Shown: positions 30,102 to 41,200 of the stretch, one piece after another | Layout: each line of letters opens with the position of its first letter | Position numbering within the stretch: position 1 is the first letter of the stretch | NCBI GenBank assembly: GCA_964558645.1 | Contig: CAZLEV010000003.1 | Span: forward strand, 160,001 to 224,000 | Reading direction: 5' to 3' | Source: an uncultured archaeon | Lineage (GTDB): Archaea; Asgardarchaeota; Thorarchaeia; Thorarchaeales; Thorarchaeaceae | Length of the DNA stretch: 64,000 nucleotides | The notes under the pieces: generated by a model | Seen by the model: only the letters and a program-made list of their open reading frames with translations | What the model was told of the DNA's origin: nothing | Databases searched by the model: none | Program-made: the position numbers and the translations under genes

Positions 30102-33100
30102 CTAGGCACCCCTTCGCTTGTTGAACAGGTATCCTGCGATAGCTACCACGATAACTGCTGCAATCCCGCCTAGGACCAACAAGAGAAGCATTGGATCCAT
30201 TGGCACCACATCTTCCTCCTCTGCTGTGGGCAATGCAAGCACTGTGACCTCAACGACGTCAGTAGCTGAGTTTCCACTCTGGTCATACACTGTGACCTCA
30301 AAACTGTGACTACCAACATCAAGCCCATCAAGGCTGAAGATGATTCGGGCTCCAGCCCATGGTCCTGAAGACACGACGGAGCCATCTGACTCAATCTCGT
30401 AGCTTGCTGGCCAGTCGTCTGTTGCTGTCCATGCAATTCTTGCCCCAGTCGTGCCCTCATAGATGGTCATGTCTGAGGGGGATTCTATAGTGGGAGGTGC
30501 GTCATCATACACAACAAGAACCGTGATGATGTCAGAGTCGCTGTTTCTATCGAGGTCGTACACAGTCAACTCGACTTCGTATAGTCCCGCGACAAGCCCG
30601 TCAAGACTGTAGGTCACTTGGTTTGTCCATGGTCCCTGGGCGTCAATCTCGCCGTCAAGAAGGACGATGTAGGTGTCTGGATTGAGATCCGAGGCAGTCC
30701 AGCTGATAGTCTGGCCCGCCACTCCTTCGAAGGCTATGGTATCTGGTTGTCCCTTTAATACTGGCGGAGTGTCATCATAGACATGTATAAGCACTTGATC
30801 TGTCACGCTATTCTGATCCACATCGTAGACAACTATGTCGAGCGTATGGGTACCATAAGGCAAGCCATCAACGTTTACTGTGATGTCATTGAAGTCCCAA
30901 GCACCCGATGCCCAGAACTGACCATCGATTTCGACGGTCCAGTCGCGGAGCTCGTCGTCACGAGGATTCCAAGTAAGCTCATTGCTTGTTGACCCTTCGG
31001 CGTAATAGAGGTCCATTGGCTGATCGATGACCGGAGTTGTCGGAGCGTACAGGTTGGGATAGTTGTCAATTGCGCCTCCGCCTCCAGCCGTTATCGAGTA
31101 CGGGGGAGGCGGTGTGTAATCTCCCCACCAGTTCCCTTCTGACACCCCGTCGTCCCAATTGTGTGGGTCGTTGTCGTAACCGTTGATCGAATTGAATGCG
31201 ATCGTGTTATAGTAGACTTCGGATCCGTCTGAATTGGAGAGATAGATCCCATAAGTCGTACACCAACGGACTGTATTGTTTGTGATTGTGGCGTTGTCAC
31301 CGTTGCTAACTCGAATGCCATAGCCACAGCTCTCTACAATGCTGGATGTTACGTTGTTGAAGTCTGCAAAGGATCCCGCAATGTAGATTCCTGTTGTGCA
31401 ATGTCGGACTTCGCAATCGGTTATGTTCCAATAATCCGAGTTATCAACATAGACCCCCATCGTGCTGTTCAGGAAGTAGCAGTCTTCAACTGTTGCCCAA
31501 TCAGCTGACGAGGCGGCATAGATTCCGGTATACTCGTTGTGGATGAAGTCACATCCGGCAATGATAGCGTCCTCACCAAATCGGAGGTAAAGACCTCTAT
31601 GATTGTACTCCAATATGCTTGAAACAAGAACGAATCTTGAAGACATGTACGAATCAATGCCATATCCATTCATGCCACTGAACTTCCTGAACGTGCAGCC
31701 TTCAACGTGGGCGTCATCTGATTCGTACAGTCCTAGGCCTCTGCCATTGGCCACCCCCGCAAAGTGCGAGTCTATGAGAGTAAGGTTTTGTGCTGGATTG
31801 GCGATACACCCATAGTGATTGCCTACAGATTCTATGCCTTCGATATGGATGTACTCTCCTGTGTAGATCACAATCGGGACGCTGCAATACTCGAAGACAC
31901 CTCCTAAGACTGTGATGTTTGTGCAGTCGACCATGGCAATCTGGCCGTAATCACCGCCAGAAACGATGAGGTCCGACTCGCTAATAAGATACAGGAATGG
32001 TTTGCTGTTCACAGTGTTGTCATGAATAGTGTGGTTGACCCAAATCAGTCCCGGTTGGTCACCCAGATAGATTCCACAGCCCGTGAGATCATTAGATGCT
32101 ATCGTCGCATTCCGAGTGAGTTCCACTCGAAGGCCAAAAGAGGATGTTCTTGCATCTATCGTGTTATTCGCAATCACCCCCCGGTAGGCTTGCCATGCAG
32201 TTATCCCTGAGTACCTCACTTCTGTAATCGTGTTTTCCAGAATCGAGATATTCACCGATGTATCGATGTAGATGCCGTCCTCGGCTTGCAACACTTCGTT
32301 TCCAGTAACTATCGCCCTCGGAGAGTCGGTGAAGTACAACCCCGTTGATTCCGATTCGATGACGACATTACTGAAGACCTGTAGATCGGGGCAGGTGTCA
32401 CAGCTTAGTCCCTCGTCCCACGTATACATGATGGTGTTCTCCTGGACCTGAGCGTTTTGACAGCTAGCGAGACGAATACCGTATTCGTCTGTGTTCGAAA
32501 CCGTGTTGTATTCCACTGTCACATTTGGTGCATCGAGGAGTAAGATGCCGGCTCGCTCAGTCAGGTCAACCGCGTTGTTGGAGAAGGTGCAGTTCTCACC
32601 AGTATCTAGATGAATGCCTGAGAGGCCAGTATCATGGACTGAGTTCGAATAAACAATGATGCGGTCACCATTCTCAACTACGATTCCGTATCCTGCCGAA
32701 TCCATGACTGTATTGCCGCTGATAATCAAGTCATGAGAGTCTGCTGTGTAGATTCCGTCGGCACACATGGATACGGCATTGTCGGTAATGTTGCAGCGAT
32801 GAGAGGAATGCATCTCTATTCCCACGTCACTCACGTCCTCAAGAACGCAGTTAGCGACTCGCGTATCATTGGAACCCGAGATGTAGATTCCCGTTCCTGC
32901 CTCAGAGAACTCGAAATCCTCGATAGCGGAATCCCCTGAGCCGGCCATCTCCAAGACCCTACCCGAAGACACCGTTCCCTTGATACCAGCAAGTGACGAA
33001 TGGGGGCAGACCGCAACGTTGAGACCAGCCTGTGGGCTTTCAAGGGACACGCCTGTTACCGTGAGCCAATGACACGAGGCAGCGACTATTCCCAACACAC

Positions 33101-33791
33101 CATGGATCAGCTCTGTGTCCTCTATCGTAGTGTGGTTTGAGCTCAGCAGATAGAGATTGTATCCAGTGGTATGACATTGAGACACAGTATCTTCAATCCG
33201 CAGCTGATGTGCCAGAATTGCAAGGACGCTCCAGTAGTCCGTTGAGTTAAGAACTGAATGCATCACCGAACAATCAGTGGATACATCGAGCTCCAATGCA
33301 AAGGCATCACCCGCGAGAACGTACACATGATCGAGCAGCGTATTGTTCGCTCTGGTGAGGAGCAGTCCTCCCCACTGAGACCCAATATGGGAATACTCTA
33401 TCGTGCCATGAGATACATTATCGAGAGAGACCGCCCAAGTTGATGACAGTTGGTTCAAGAAGCAGTCTCTGATCACGAAGTGGGCCTCGGTGTTCTCAAT
33501 TTCGATGAGCGTCCGGTCGATGCCGTACGTGATGTTCAACCCAGATATCATGTATGGGTCGACATCGGTCCCGGATCCTGGCCAGTTCTGAGCTTCAAAA
33601 TCGTCTGTGCCGTTTATATAGATCGGCACATGGTTGGTGAACTCCTCCGGTCCGAGCCTAGGCCCAGGTTCTTGAGCTGTCAGATGGCGCGGCGCTTGGG
33701 TCAATGTCTTTGGGGCCAGTCCTCCTGAAAAGATGAGGAATGGCTGCAGAGCAATGACTATTAGCAATATACTAGCTGTTACTTTCCTAAT
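30102..33791 (-). CDS. Beta-helix plus three Ig-like repeats surface protein, copy B (probable ATT start)
   Basis: Same architecture as copy A. The track's TTG at 33806 overlaps the SD; ATT at 33791 is at the spacing used by all the other paralogs. Confidence 0.9.
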   Translation of the reverse strand: MRKVTASILLIVIALQPFLIFSGGLAPKTLTQAPRHLTAQEPGPRLGPEEFTNHVPIYINGTDDFEAQNWPGSGTDVDPYMISGLNITYGIDRTLIEIENTEAHFVIRDCFLNQLSSTWAVSLDNVSHGTIEYSHIGSQWGGLLLTRANNTLLDHVYVLAGDAFALELDVSTDCSVMHSVLNSTDYWSVLAILAHQLRIEDTVSQCHTTGYNLYLLSSNHTTIEDTELIHGVLGIVAASCHWLTVTGVSLESPQAGLNVAVCPHSSLAGIKGTVSSGRVLEMAGSGDSAIEDFEFSEAGTGIYISGSNDTRVANCVLEDVSDVGIEMHSSHRCNITDNAVSMCADGIYTADSHDLIISGNTVMDSAGYGIVVENGDRIIVYSNSVHDTGLSGIHLDTGENCTFSNNAVDLTERAGILLLDAPNVTVEYNTVSNTDEYGIRLASCQNAQVQENTIMYTWDEGLSCDTCPDLQVFSNVVIESESTGLYFTDSPRAIVTGNEVLQAEDGIYIDTSVNISILENTITEVRYSGITAWQAYRGVIANNTIDARTSSFGLRVELTRNATIASNDLTGCGIYLGDQPGLIWVNHTIHDNTVNSKPFLYLISESDLIVSGGDYGQIAMVDCTNITVLGGVFEYCSVPIVIYTGEYIHIEGIESVGNHYGCIANPAQNLTLIDSHFAGVANGRGLGLYESDDAHVEGCTFRKFSGMNGYGIDSYMSSRFVLVSSILEYNHRGLYLRFGEDAIIAGCDFIHNEYTGIYAASSADWATVEDCYFLNSTMGVYVDNSDYWNITDCEVRHCTTGIYIAGSFADFNNVTSSIVESCGYGIRVSNGDNATITNNTVRWCTTYGIYLSNSDGSEVYYNTIAFNSINGYDNDPHNWDDGVSEGNWWGDYTPPPPYSITAGGGGAIDNYPNLYAPTTPVIDQPMDLYYAEGSTSNELTWNPRDDELRDWTVEIDGQFWASGAWDFNDITVNVDGLPYGTHTLDIVVYDVDQNSVTDQVLIHVYDDTPPVLKGQPDTIAFEGVAGQTISWTASDLNPDTYIVLLDGEIDAQGPWTNQVTYSLDGLVAGLYEVELTVYDLDRNSDSDIITVLVVYDDAPPTIESPSDMTIYEGTTGARIAWTATDDWPASYEIESDGSVVSSGPWAGARIIFSLDGLDVGSHSFEVTVYDQSGNSATDVVEVTVLALPTAEEEDVVPMDPMLLLLVLGGIAAVIVVAIAGYLFNKRRGA

Positions 33792-33981
33792 TTCAATCTC
33801 CTCCAAACAGTGGTCTGTACGCCCCGTGGCATGCTCTGGGAATCCGCAGGTGATATTTCATTCATCTCGACCTCCTATGCGTGACCACCACCTCTTCTGA
33901 ATCAAGAGGCTTCGAAGAAGAAGACCAAGATGGCCCTCCTCATTCCAGCGCGGGCGCTCTGACACTTACGGACAGTACTGC

Positions 33982-33993
33982 CTAATAAGTTTC
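33982..33993 (-). promoter_or_regulatory. BRE/TATA-like promoter (GAAACTTATTAG) of copy B
   Basis: Conserved upstream of the paralogs. Confidence 0.55.
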
Positions 33994-34217
33994 GAGTATC
34001 GCTTCTTTGACGCCGCGAATGCCGTCCCATGGAGCTTTGAAACGGCTTGCTTTCGTTGCGAATTTGGATCTTGCCGATGATGTGTTTGAGATGATCTATG
34101 GTTGCCCTTTTGACGGTGCGTCAAGTTGTTCATCTCTCACTGACTCGTGGGACTGTGCGGCCCGATGGAGTCGTCTATTCCAGATACCATGACTGATGTG
34201 GCTAAAACAAATGAGGA

Positions 34218-34243
34218 AAGGCCCGAAGCTCTGCCCGGGCCTT
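34218..34243 (-). terminator. Hairpin 3' of copy C
   Basis: aaggcccg...cgggcctt, 8-bp stem followed by TTCCTCATTTTGTTTT-like T-rich sequence on the minus strand. Confidence 0.6.
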
Positions 34244-34249
34244 GTTGAC

Positions 34250-37200
34250 TTAACTAGAACCTCTTCGTTTTGTCATGTAGTAAAGCACGGCTATCACGAC
34301 AACTGCCACCACGCCTGCTCCAGCGACTATGGCCAGCATCGAATAGTCCACGGGTTCGGTCGGGGTCTCCATCGGTGTGACTGCTAACACGTTCAGATTG
34401 ACGGTGTCACTTGCTGACTGACCAGTCTTGTCATATACCGTGATGGTGAAACCATAGGTTCCAACATCGTATCCATCTACGGTGAACGTGATGCGACTTC
34501 CTGCCCACATTCCCTCCTCTATGACAGAGCCATCCAAGACAATCTCATATCTATCAGGATGTGCATCACTGGGGCTCCAGATGATTCTGTTTCCTGTCGC
34601 GCCTTCAACATAGATCACATCAGCCGGGCTATCTATGGTGGGTGCTTCGTCGTCCGCGATGACGAGTACAGCCACTGAATCACTGGCCGAGTTTCCGTCA
34701 GCATCATAGATTACCAGTACAACATCATGCCTTCCTACAGGGATTGCATCGACGTTTACGGACAGAGTTCCTGTACTCCATGTGCCGGTTTCAAACTCGA
34801 TACCATCCACAGACACCATGTAGGTGGCTGGATTGAGGTCGCTTACCTCCCAGTCAATTGTCTGGCCGGCTAGGTCAACAAACAACCACTGATCTGGTGG
34901 GCTGTCAACTACTGGTGGCGTGTCGTCGTATACCTGAACCAGAACGGTATCGTTGACGTAGTTCTGATATATGTCCCACACCGTCACCGTAACTGTGTGT
35001 GTACCGTAAGGGAGGCCATCGACATTGACGGTTATGTTGTCGAGGTTCCAGGCCCCCCGTGTCCACTCGGCCCCGTCAATCTCAACCAGCCAGTTGCGAA
35101 GCGCGTCGTCGTACGGGAACCAAGCGATTGTATTGCCAACTGATCCTTCTGCATACCAGAGGTCGATTGGGCTGTTGATGATTGGCTTGGTGACGATATA
35201 CCTGTAGGGATAGCTGTCAACCGATGTACCCCCAGGTATGTTATACACCCCTGTTCCGCTGTAGTCGTCCCAGTAATTGCCACTATCCACGCGGTCGTCC
35301 CACTGGTCAGAACCAGAGTCAAAACCATTGTGAATCCTGTTCAGTGCAAAGGTGTTGTTGTAGATATACTGGTCATCGTCCGTCTGAGTAATGTACAGGC
35401 CATAGGAGTTCCAGCGGATGGTGTTGTTGTAAATGTACCATGTGAAGCTGTCGTCCATTCGGATTCCGTAGAGCCCATCGTGTATGTTGTTGAACGTGGC
35501 GTTGTTGTAGTCAGACTCTGAAGACGAGAAGATTCCGTACTCGCACCACTGCATGTGATTTGCTCTGATGCTTGAGTAAAGAGTGAATTCTATTCTAACC
35601 CCATATGTGCAGTTGGACATCAAGTTGGATTCTACGAGACCATATTCAGAGCTATAGGAGTACACTCCGGCGCCATCGAGATCCGAGATCTCGCAGTTCT
35701 GGATGGTGGACAATGAAGAACCGTCAAGCCTGAAGCCATTGTGATTACCACGAGATATGGAAACATTGTCAGCAAGGAATCTGACTGAGTCCATGACGGT
35801 CACTCCATCGCCCGAATAGAGATCCTCCATAACCGAGTTCTGAAGAGTGACATTTTCACACCTGTCGAATACGAAGGGATAGATCAGATCGACTGTGGAC
35901 ATGCTAGAGATGGTCAGTTCGTCAGTGAGGTATGCAAGAATGGCAGCAGTTGTATGTGAGAAGAAACCGCCTGTGATGGTCACATCTGTGCTATTCACAA
36001 GAATATACTCACCATAGGAATCGTCAAGCGTCAGGCCAACACCATTGAGGTCATAGAAGACAGGCTTCTCGCCCACGTTGTTATCAATGAGTGTGTGATT
36101 GAGCTGCGCCAATGACTGCTCTGGCGGGAAGTAGAAACCACAGCCTGTCATGTTGTTGTTCTCAAATATCCCTTGTGTTGTCGCGGAGACCTGAATACCA
36201 GTCTCGCTGGCTTGTATTGTGTTGGCTTCGATCCAAGGTGCTGTAGCAGTGTTCAGGTCAACCCCAATCGCTGCATTGGATATCGTGTTGCCAATCACAC
36301 TCTGGTTTATGTTTCTCGCGAATATACCAGTGGACACCGTGTCAATGGTGTTGTCAACTATCTGAGCTCTATGGGCGGACCCGTAAACACCTACTCCTGT
36401 TAGGGCGTATGATATTGTGTTGGACTCGATTTGTGCGTCGCTGGCTTCTATGCGCACTCCAGTTTCTGTTTCCTGTATCCAGTTGTCGAACACCCTAGCA
36501 TTGGTGGATCCACTGGACAAAGTAACACCAATGGAGTTCTCGTAGAGAAGGTTACCACTGATCGTCAGATTGATACCTCCTGCAAGAACTCCTTGGTTAT
36601 ACGAGCTGTTCACAACATTTCCTGATACAGTCGCACGATGAGAGTTACTCAAGTAGATTGCAAACAAGCTAGAATCCTTGCAGGTGTTGTTGATCAGGTT
36701 TGCGTCTAGAACTCCGACAGGGGCAATGAAGTGGTTGCCGACATTTTCTATTGTATTCCTGAGGATCTCCAGATTTGCACCTGAGAAAGTGATGAATCCT
36801 CCATAGGTATTCTCGATGTGGTTGTCTGAAATAGTGAAATTCTCGGCACTATTTTGAAAGACAATCCCCCCGTAGCTGGGCGTATTCACAATGATGTTCC
36901 CTGATATGATTCCATTCTCTGAAGCCGTGGTATAGACCGGATAAGAACCTGAGGAGTTGAAGTGGTTACCCACGACACTGATCCACTGATGAGTTGCGAA
37001 TTGAAGGCCACTCCCTCCAGAATTCAGCACCCTGTTATCTTCAATAGTGACGTTTTCGGAGAGTGTGAGATGAATTCCCCTCCCACTTGCACTGAGGATC
37101 TGATTAGACCGAACATCGCAGTGACTGCTATTGTCCAGTCTCAGGCCAGAGCCCGTAGTCACATTGACGAGATTGGACTGGACCAGTGTTCCATTTGAGT

Positions 37201-37852
37201 GGTTGATGAAGAGCCCCATCGTTCCTGCCTGTGATATCTGATTGCCTGTTATTTCGATGCCTTTACACTCAGTAACAGATACGCCGTGACCTGAAAACGA
37301 GTTGGAGTCCAGCTGGATGTTCTCACACTGAAGCAGTTCCATATATGAAGCCGCATCAACGTGCGAGTCAATGTGGGCGATCCGCGAATCCGTGACATTC
37401 TCGAGGCGAATACCATAACCCTTGGAAACAACGGTGACATGTTCGATCAGAGCGTTGGCGGCGTTGATAACTTCGACAGCGTATCTGCCCGTAGATGATT
37501 GGCCGAGATAGCAGTCTCTGATAACGAAGTGGGACGTTGTGTTGTATATCCTTATCAAAATCTGGTTGATGTCGTAAGTTATGTTCAGACCCTCAATGAG
37601 ATACGGCGAACCAGGAGATCCATCACCGGGCCAAGACTGACTCACGAAGTCCTCCTCCCCCTCTATCAGTATGGGGACACGGTTAGTATGCTCCTCTGGA
37701 GTAAGCCGAGTGCCAACATCTTGTGCCGGCTTGTTCGGCGTAGTCTTTGACAGTTCAGTCCCTACTTCTGGCGTGAAAAGGCCAGTCGTAATCACGAGTG
37801 GCTGGGCTACTAAGATTGCTAACATGACAAACATGAAAACATTGCTCTTCAT
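34250..37852 (-). CDS. Beta-helix plus three Ig-like repeats surface protein, copy C
   Basis: Same architecture; GNYWDDY..G; TM and KRR; GGAGGAT plus 6 nt before the ATG. Confidence 0.93.
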   Translation of the reverse strand: MKSNVFMFVMLAILVAQPLVITTGLFTPEVGTELSKTTPNKPAQDVGTRLTPEEHTNRVPILIEGEEDFVSQSWPGDGSPGSPYLIEGLNITYDINQILIRIYNTTSHFVIRDCYLGQSSTGRYAVEVINAANALIEHVTVVSKGYGIRLENVTDSRIAHIDSHVDAASYMELLQCENIQLDSNSFSGHGVSVTECKGIEITGNQISQAGTMGLFINHSNGTLVQSNLVNVTTGSGLRLDNSSHCDVRSNQILSASGRGIHLTLSENVTIEDNRVLNSGGSGLQFATHQWISVVGNHFNSSGSYPVYTTASENGIISGNIIVNTPSYGGIVFQNSAENFTISDNHIENTYGGFITFSGANLEILRNTIENVGNHFIAPVGVLDANLINNTCKDSSLFAIYLSNSHRATVSGNVVNSSYNQGVLAGGINLTISGNLLYENSIGVTLSSGSTNARVFDNWIQETETGVRIEASDAQIESNTISYALTGVGVYGSAHRAQIVDNTIDTVSTGIFARNINQSVIGNTISNAAIGVDLNTATAPWIEANTIQASETGIQVSATTQGIFENNNMTGCGFYFPPEQSLAQLNHTLIDNNVGEKPVFYDLNGVGLTLDDSYGEYILVNSTDVTITGGFFSHTTAAILAYLTDELTISSMSTVDLIYPFVFDRCENVTLQNSVMEDLYSGDGVTVMDSVRFLADNVSISRGNHNGFRLDGSSLSTIQNCEISDLDGAGVYSYSSEYGLVESNLMSNCTYGVRIEFTLYSSIRANHMQWCEYGIFSSSESDYNNATFNNIHDGLYGIRMDDSFTWYIYNNTIRWNSYGLYITQTDDDQYIYNNTFALNRIHNGFDSGSDQWDDRVDSGNYWDDYSGTGVYNIPGGTSVDSYPYRYIVTKPIINSPIDLWYAEGSVGNTIAWFPYDDALRNWLVEIDGAEWTRGAWNLDNITVNVDGLPYGTHTVTVTVWDIYQNYVNDTVLVQVYDDTPPVVDSPPDQWLFVDLAGQTIDWEVSDLNPATYMVSVDGIEFETGTWSTGTLSVNVDAIPVGRHDVVLVIYDADGNSASDSVAVLVIADDEAPTIDSPADVIYVEGATGNRIIWSPSDAHPDRYEIVLDGSVIEEGMWAGSRITFTVDGYDVGTYGFTITVYDKTGQSASDTVNLNVLAVTPMETPTEPVDYSMLAIVAGAGVVAVVVIAVLYYMTKRRGSS

Positions 37853-37960
37853 TCATGTATCCTCCGCGAATTACTTCTCTCTGTGACCAACTGCTAGTAA
37901 ACAGCAGACTTACTTACATGCATTGTGGCGCACATGCTCTAGCAAAGATTGGCATTGTGC

Positions 37961-37972
37961 TTAATAAACTTC
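37961..37972 (-). promoter_or_regulatory. BRE/TATA-like promoter (GAAGTTTATTAA) of copy C
   Basis: Conserved upstream of the paralogs. Confidence 0.6.
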
Positions 37973-38256
37973 AGCTGGTTGGATTTCCCATTACCTCTCA
38001 AACTCCTTGGTTGCAGCTAAGGCCAGCTATACTGATCTGCATGTGTGGTCCAAACGGACTGCGTTCTTTCTTCTTAAGGAGTTCTTGTTCTTGTCGGTTA
38101 GAACATGGCGCTGAGTCAAGTTCGTTGCCCAGAATGTCTTCGGTATCGTCGAGCTAGGCCCTAAGCACCAAATTAGTTTCTTCCATATTCGGCGCTCTGA
38201 TGCTCTATTCTCCGATTAGAACGGTTTCCGTTGTATGATTGCTGCTGAGGGTACAA

Positions 38257-38282
38257 AGGCGCCTAGGTTCCCATAAGCGCCT
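38257..38282 (-). terminator. Hairpin 3' of copy D
   Basis: The RNA would read aggcgcuuaugg-gaa-ccuaggcgccu. Confidence 0.55.
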
Positions 38283-38295
38283 CTGCTCTCGGATG

Positions 38296-41200
38296 TCAAG
38301 CTCTTCTCTTCCGCAAGTAGAAGACAACGCTCACCGCGACTAGGATACCTAATGCCGCTAGTATCACCTCAAGTGGCACTAATTCAGTGAGTGGCGGTTC
38401 CTCTATGACAGCCTCCACTGGTAGAACCGTCAGTGCCACACTATCAGTGGCCGAATTGCCGCTGCGATCATAGACCGTGATGGTGAAGTCGTAACTGCCT
38501 ACGGGATACCCATCGATATCAAAGACTATTCGTCCACCTGACCATTTGCTGGATTTCACAACAGTTCCGTTCTTGGCAATCTCGTAGCTGGATGGATAGT
38601 CGTCTGACGGACTCCAGACAATACTATTTCCAGTCGAGTCCTCTTGATACGTTACGTCTGCAGGACTGTCGACAGTTGGAGACTCATCATCTGCGATGAC
38701 CAACACCACGACAGTGTCGCTTGCAGAGTTACCATCGATGTCGAAGATGGTGATTCTGACCTCGTGCTCTCCCTCAGGGATTCCATCGACATCTACGGCA
38801 AGAGTCCCAGACTCCCATGTACCTGATGATAACTCGGTATCGTCAACGAATAGAGTATAGGTGTCCGGATTTAGGTCGGAAACCTCCCAACTGATTGTTT
38901 GACCGGTTGCATCGACGAATAACCATTGGTCAGGTGGGTTGTCAATCTCAGGCGGCGTGTTGTCATAAACGTGGACCATGACTGTGTCCTCTACGGTGTT
39001 CCCAGTCATATCACGCACGGTGATGATGACCTCATGGGTCCCGTATGCCAGACCATCAATGTTCACGGTAACATTGTCGTAATTCCACGGACCGGAGTCC
39101 CAGGGGGCTCCGTCAATCTCAACCTCCCAGTTCTTGAGATAGTCATCAAAGGGCAGCCAAAAGATCTCGTTCCCTGTCGAACCCTCCGCGTAGTAGACAT
39201 CCTCTGGCGTGTTGATGATAGGCTCAGTCACCACATACTGCCTGGGGTATCTGTCCTGTGCGGCTCCCACTCCAGTGATGATATAGGGTGGCGGCGGAGT
39301 GTAGTCGCCCCATATGTTTCCCACATCGACCCCGTCGTCCCAGTACTCGAAGGTGTCATCGATTCCATTGGCATAGAAGTTGAGAGCAATGATGTTGTCT
39401 GCCACAACTCCGACTGTACCTACGCTTTCAAACTCCATCCCAACATTGTTCCAGCGTATGGTGTTGTTTACTATGATCCAATCCGAGCCCCCCTCTCTGA
39501 GGATACCATCATCGTTGTCGTGGACATTGTTCCACGTCACGTTCCAATCATCGCAGGTCGAGGCATACATAGCGGCACCACACCACTTCATCTCGTTATC
39601 AGTGATGAGGACATCATCAGTGTTACTCCCGTATATCGCCACAGACGCGTTGCTGAACTCACAACTGGATACAACTGCGAGAATGTTGGTGGTGAATGCT
39701 CCCTCCATGTAGACTGCATACCCATCTATGTCAGTGAAGGTGCAATCCAGGACTGTAAAATTGTAGAAGGCTATGCTAAGCAGAGCAGAGGGGAGGCCAA
39801 ACCATGTGCCACCCAGACCGTCAAATGAGCAGTTCTCAGCCCAGAATCCGTCGCTCTCCCATAAGAAGATACCACTTCCCAGGCTGGTGCCCTCGAAGGT
39901 GCAGTCGACCACTGTGACATTGTCCACAACCAGAGCGAATGAACTGACAATCTGTCGATTAACGAGGACGTTGCTCACCGTTATGTCATGGCCAAACATC
40001 AACTGGATCGGACAGGTGCTCCTCACAAACTCGCCTCCTGTGATGGTACTATCCGTGCAGTTCACGAGGATAATCTGGCCGTAATCGTTCCCGTCGATAC
40101 TCAGATCTGATTCGCTCAATGCATAGTATAGGGGTTTCCCGTTCACGGTGTTATCGGAGAATGAATGGTTGTATATGGAAACGGCTATGGGCTCCACCAA
40201 GAGGAGGAAACCACAGTCAACCAACGTGTTTCCGGAGAAGTTGGAGTAATCCACAGATATCAGATTAATGCCCGCAATTCCACAGTGGGAGATGCTATTG
40301 CTTGAGAAATCTGACTGGAACACCCCGTCCAGATACATGCCGTCCTGCCCACATTGGGAGATCTCATTGCCAGCGAACTCCGATGTTACAATGGATTGAA
40401 GATACATGCCATTTTCTGTGCACTCGGAGATAATGTTGTCATTGATTGTGCTGTTTACAGTGTCTACTACAGCCATACCCCCATAACAATTGCTGATGAC
40501 GTTGTCCCTGATGTACTGTTCATCACAGTTCTCAAGTACTATGCCGTATTCGCATTCCGAGATTGTGTTCTCCCAGAGCTCGATCAAACCGTGTCCCCCT
40601 GAATAGAAGCCCTCGTAAGTACACATCGAGATGTCATTGTACCAGATGTCTGTGAACGCTCCTCCAACGACTATTAAGCCATATTCCATATTCTCCATCG
40701 TATTGTCGTGAATCTTCCAAGCCACGCAATTCTCTAAGACGACTCCACCAGAATGGAAGTCCGCGACGAAGTTGTAGGCAAATGTCCCGTTATCGGAGGC
40801 TGCAATGTTGATGTCGCCCCCTTCGGCAATTCTGTTGTGGGAGATATTGGCCCAGTGGCATTGACCCAGGTCCATTCCAAAGCCGTTCACGGTTTCCAGT
40901 TCATTGAAGAGGATCTGAGAGTGGTTTGAGAGTGAGAGGCCGATAGCATTTCCGCCTATGTTCGAGAGCACTGAATCCTGAAGTCCGAAGTGTGGCGTGT
41001 TGGTGACTTCTATCCCCATAGACTGCGTGTCATTCACCAGGATGTTGCTGAAGGTTACTTCCGAGCATTGAGTGACTCGAAGACAGGAGGACCCTACTCG
41101 GTTAGAGAATCTGGAATCTGTGAGGCTGAAGGAGTGGCACTCATACACATTCAGTGCCCTGTTGTCGGTGGCAATATCGGCATTGCGTATCTCTGAGTTG

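Noticed and set aside
34007-38157. Intergenic ORFs 34007-34192 and 37855-38157
   Set aside because: No SD or protein-like composition. They lie in or antisense to promoter and leader regions.
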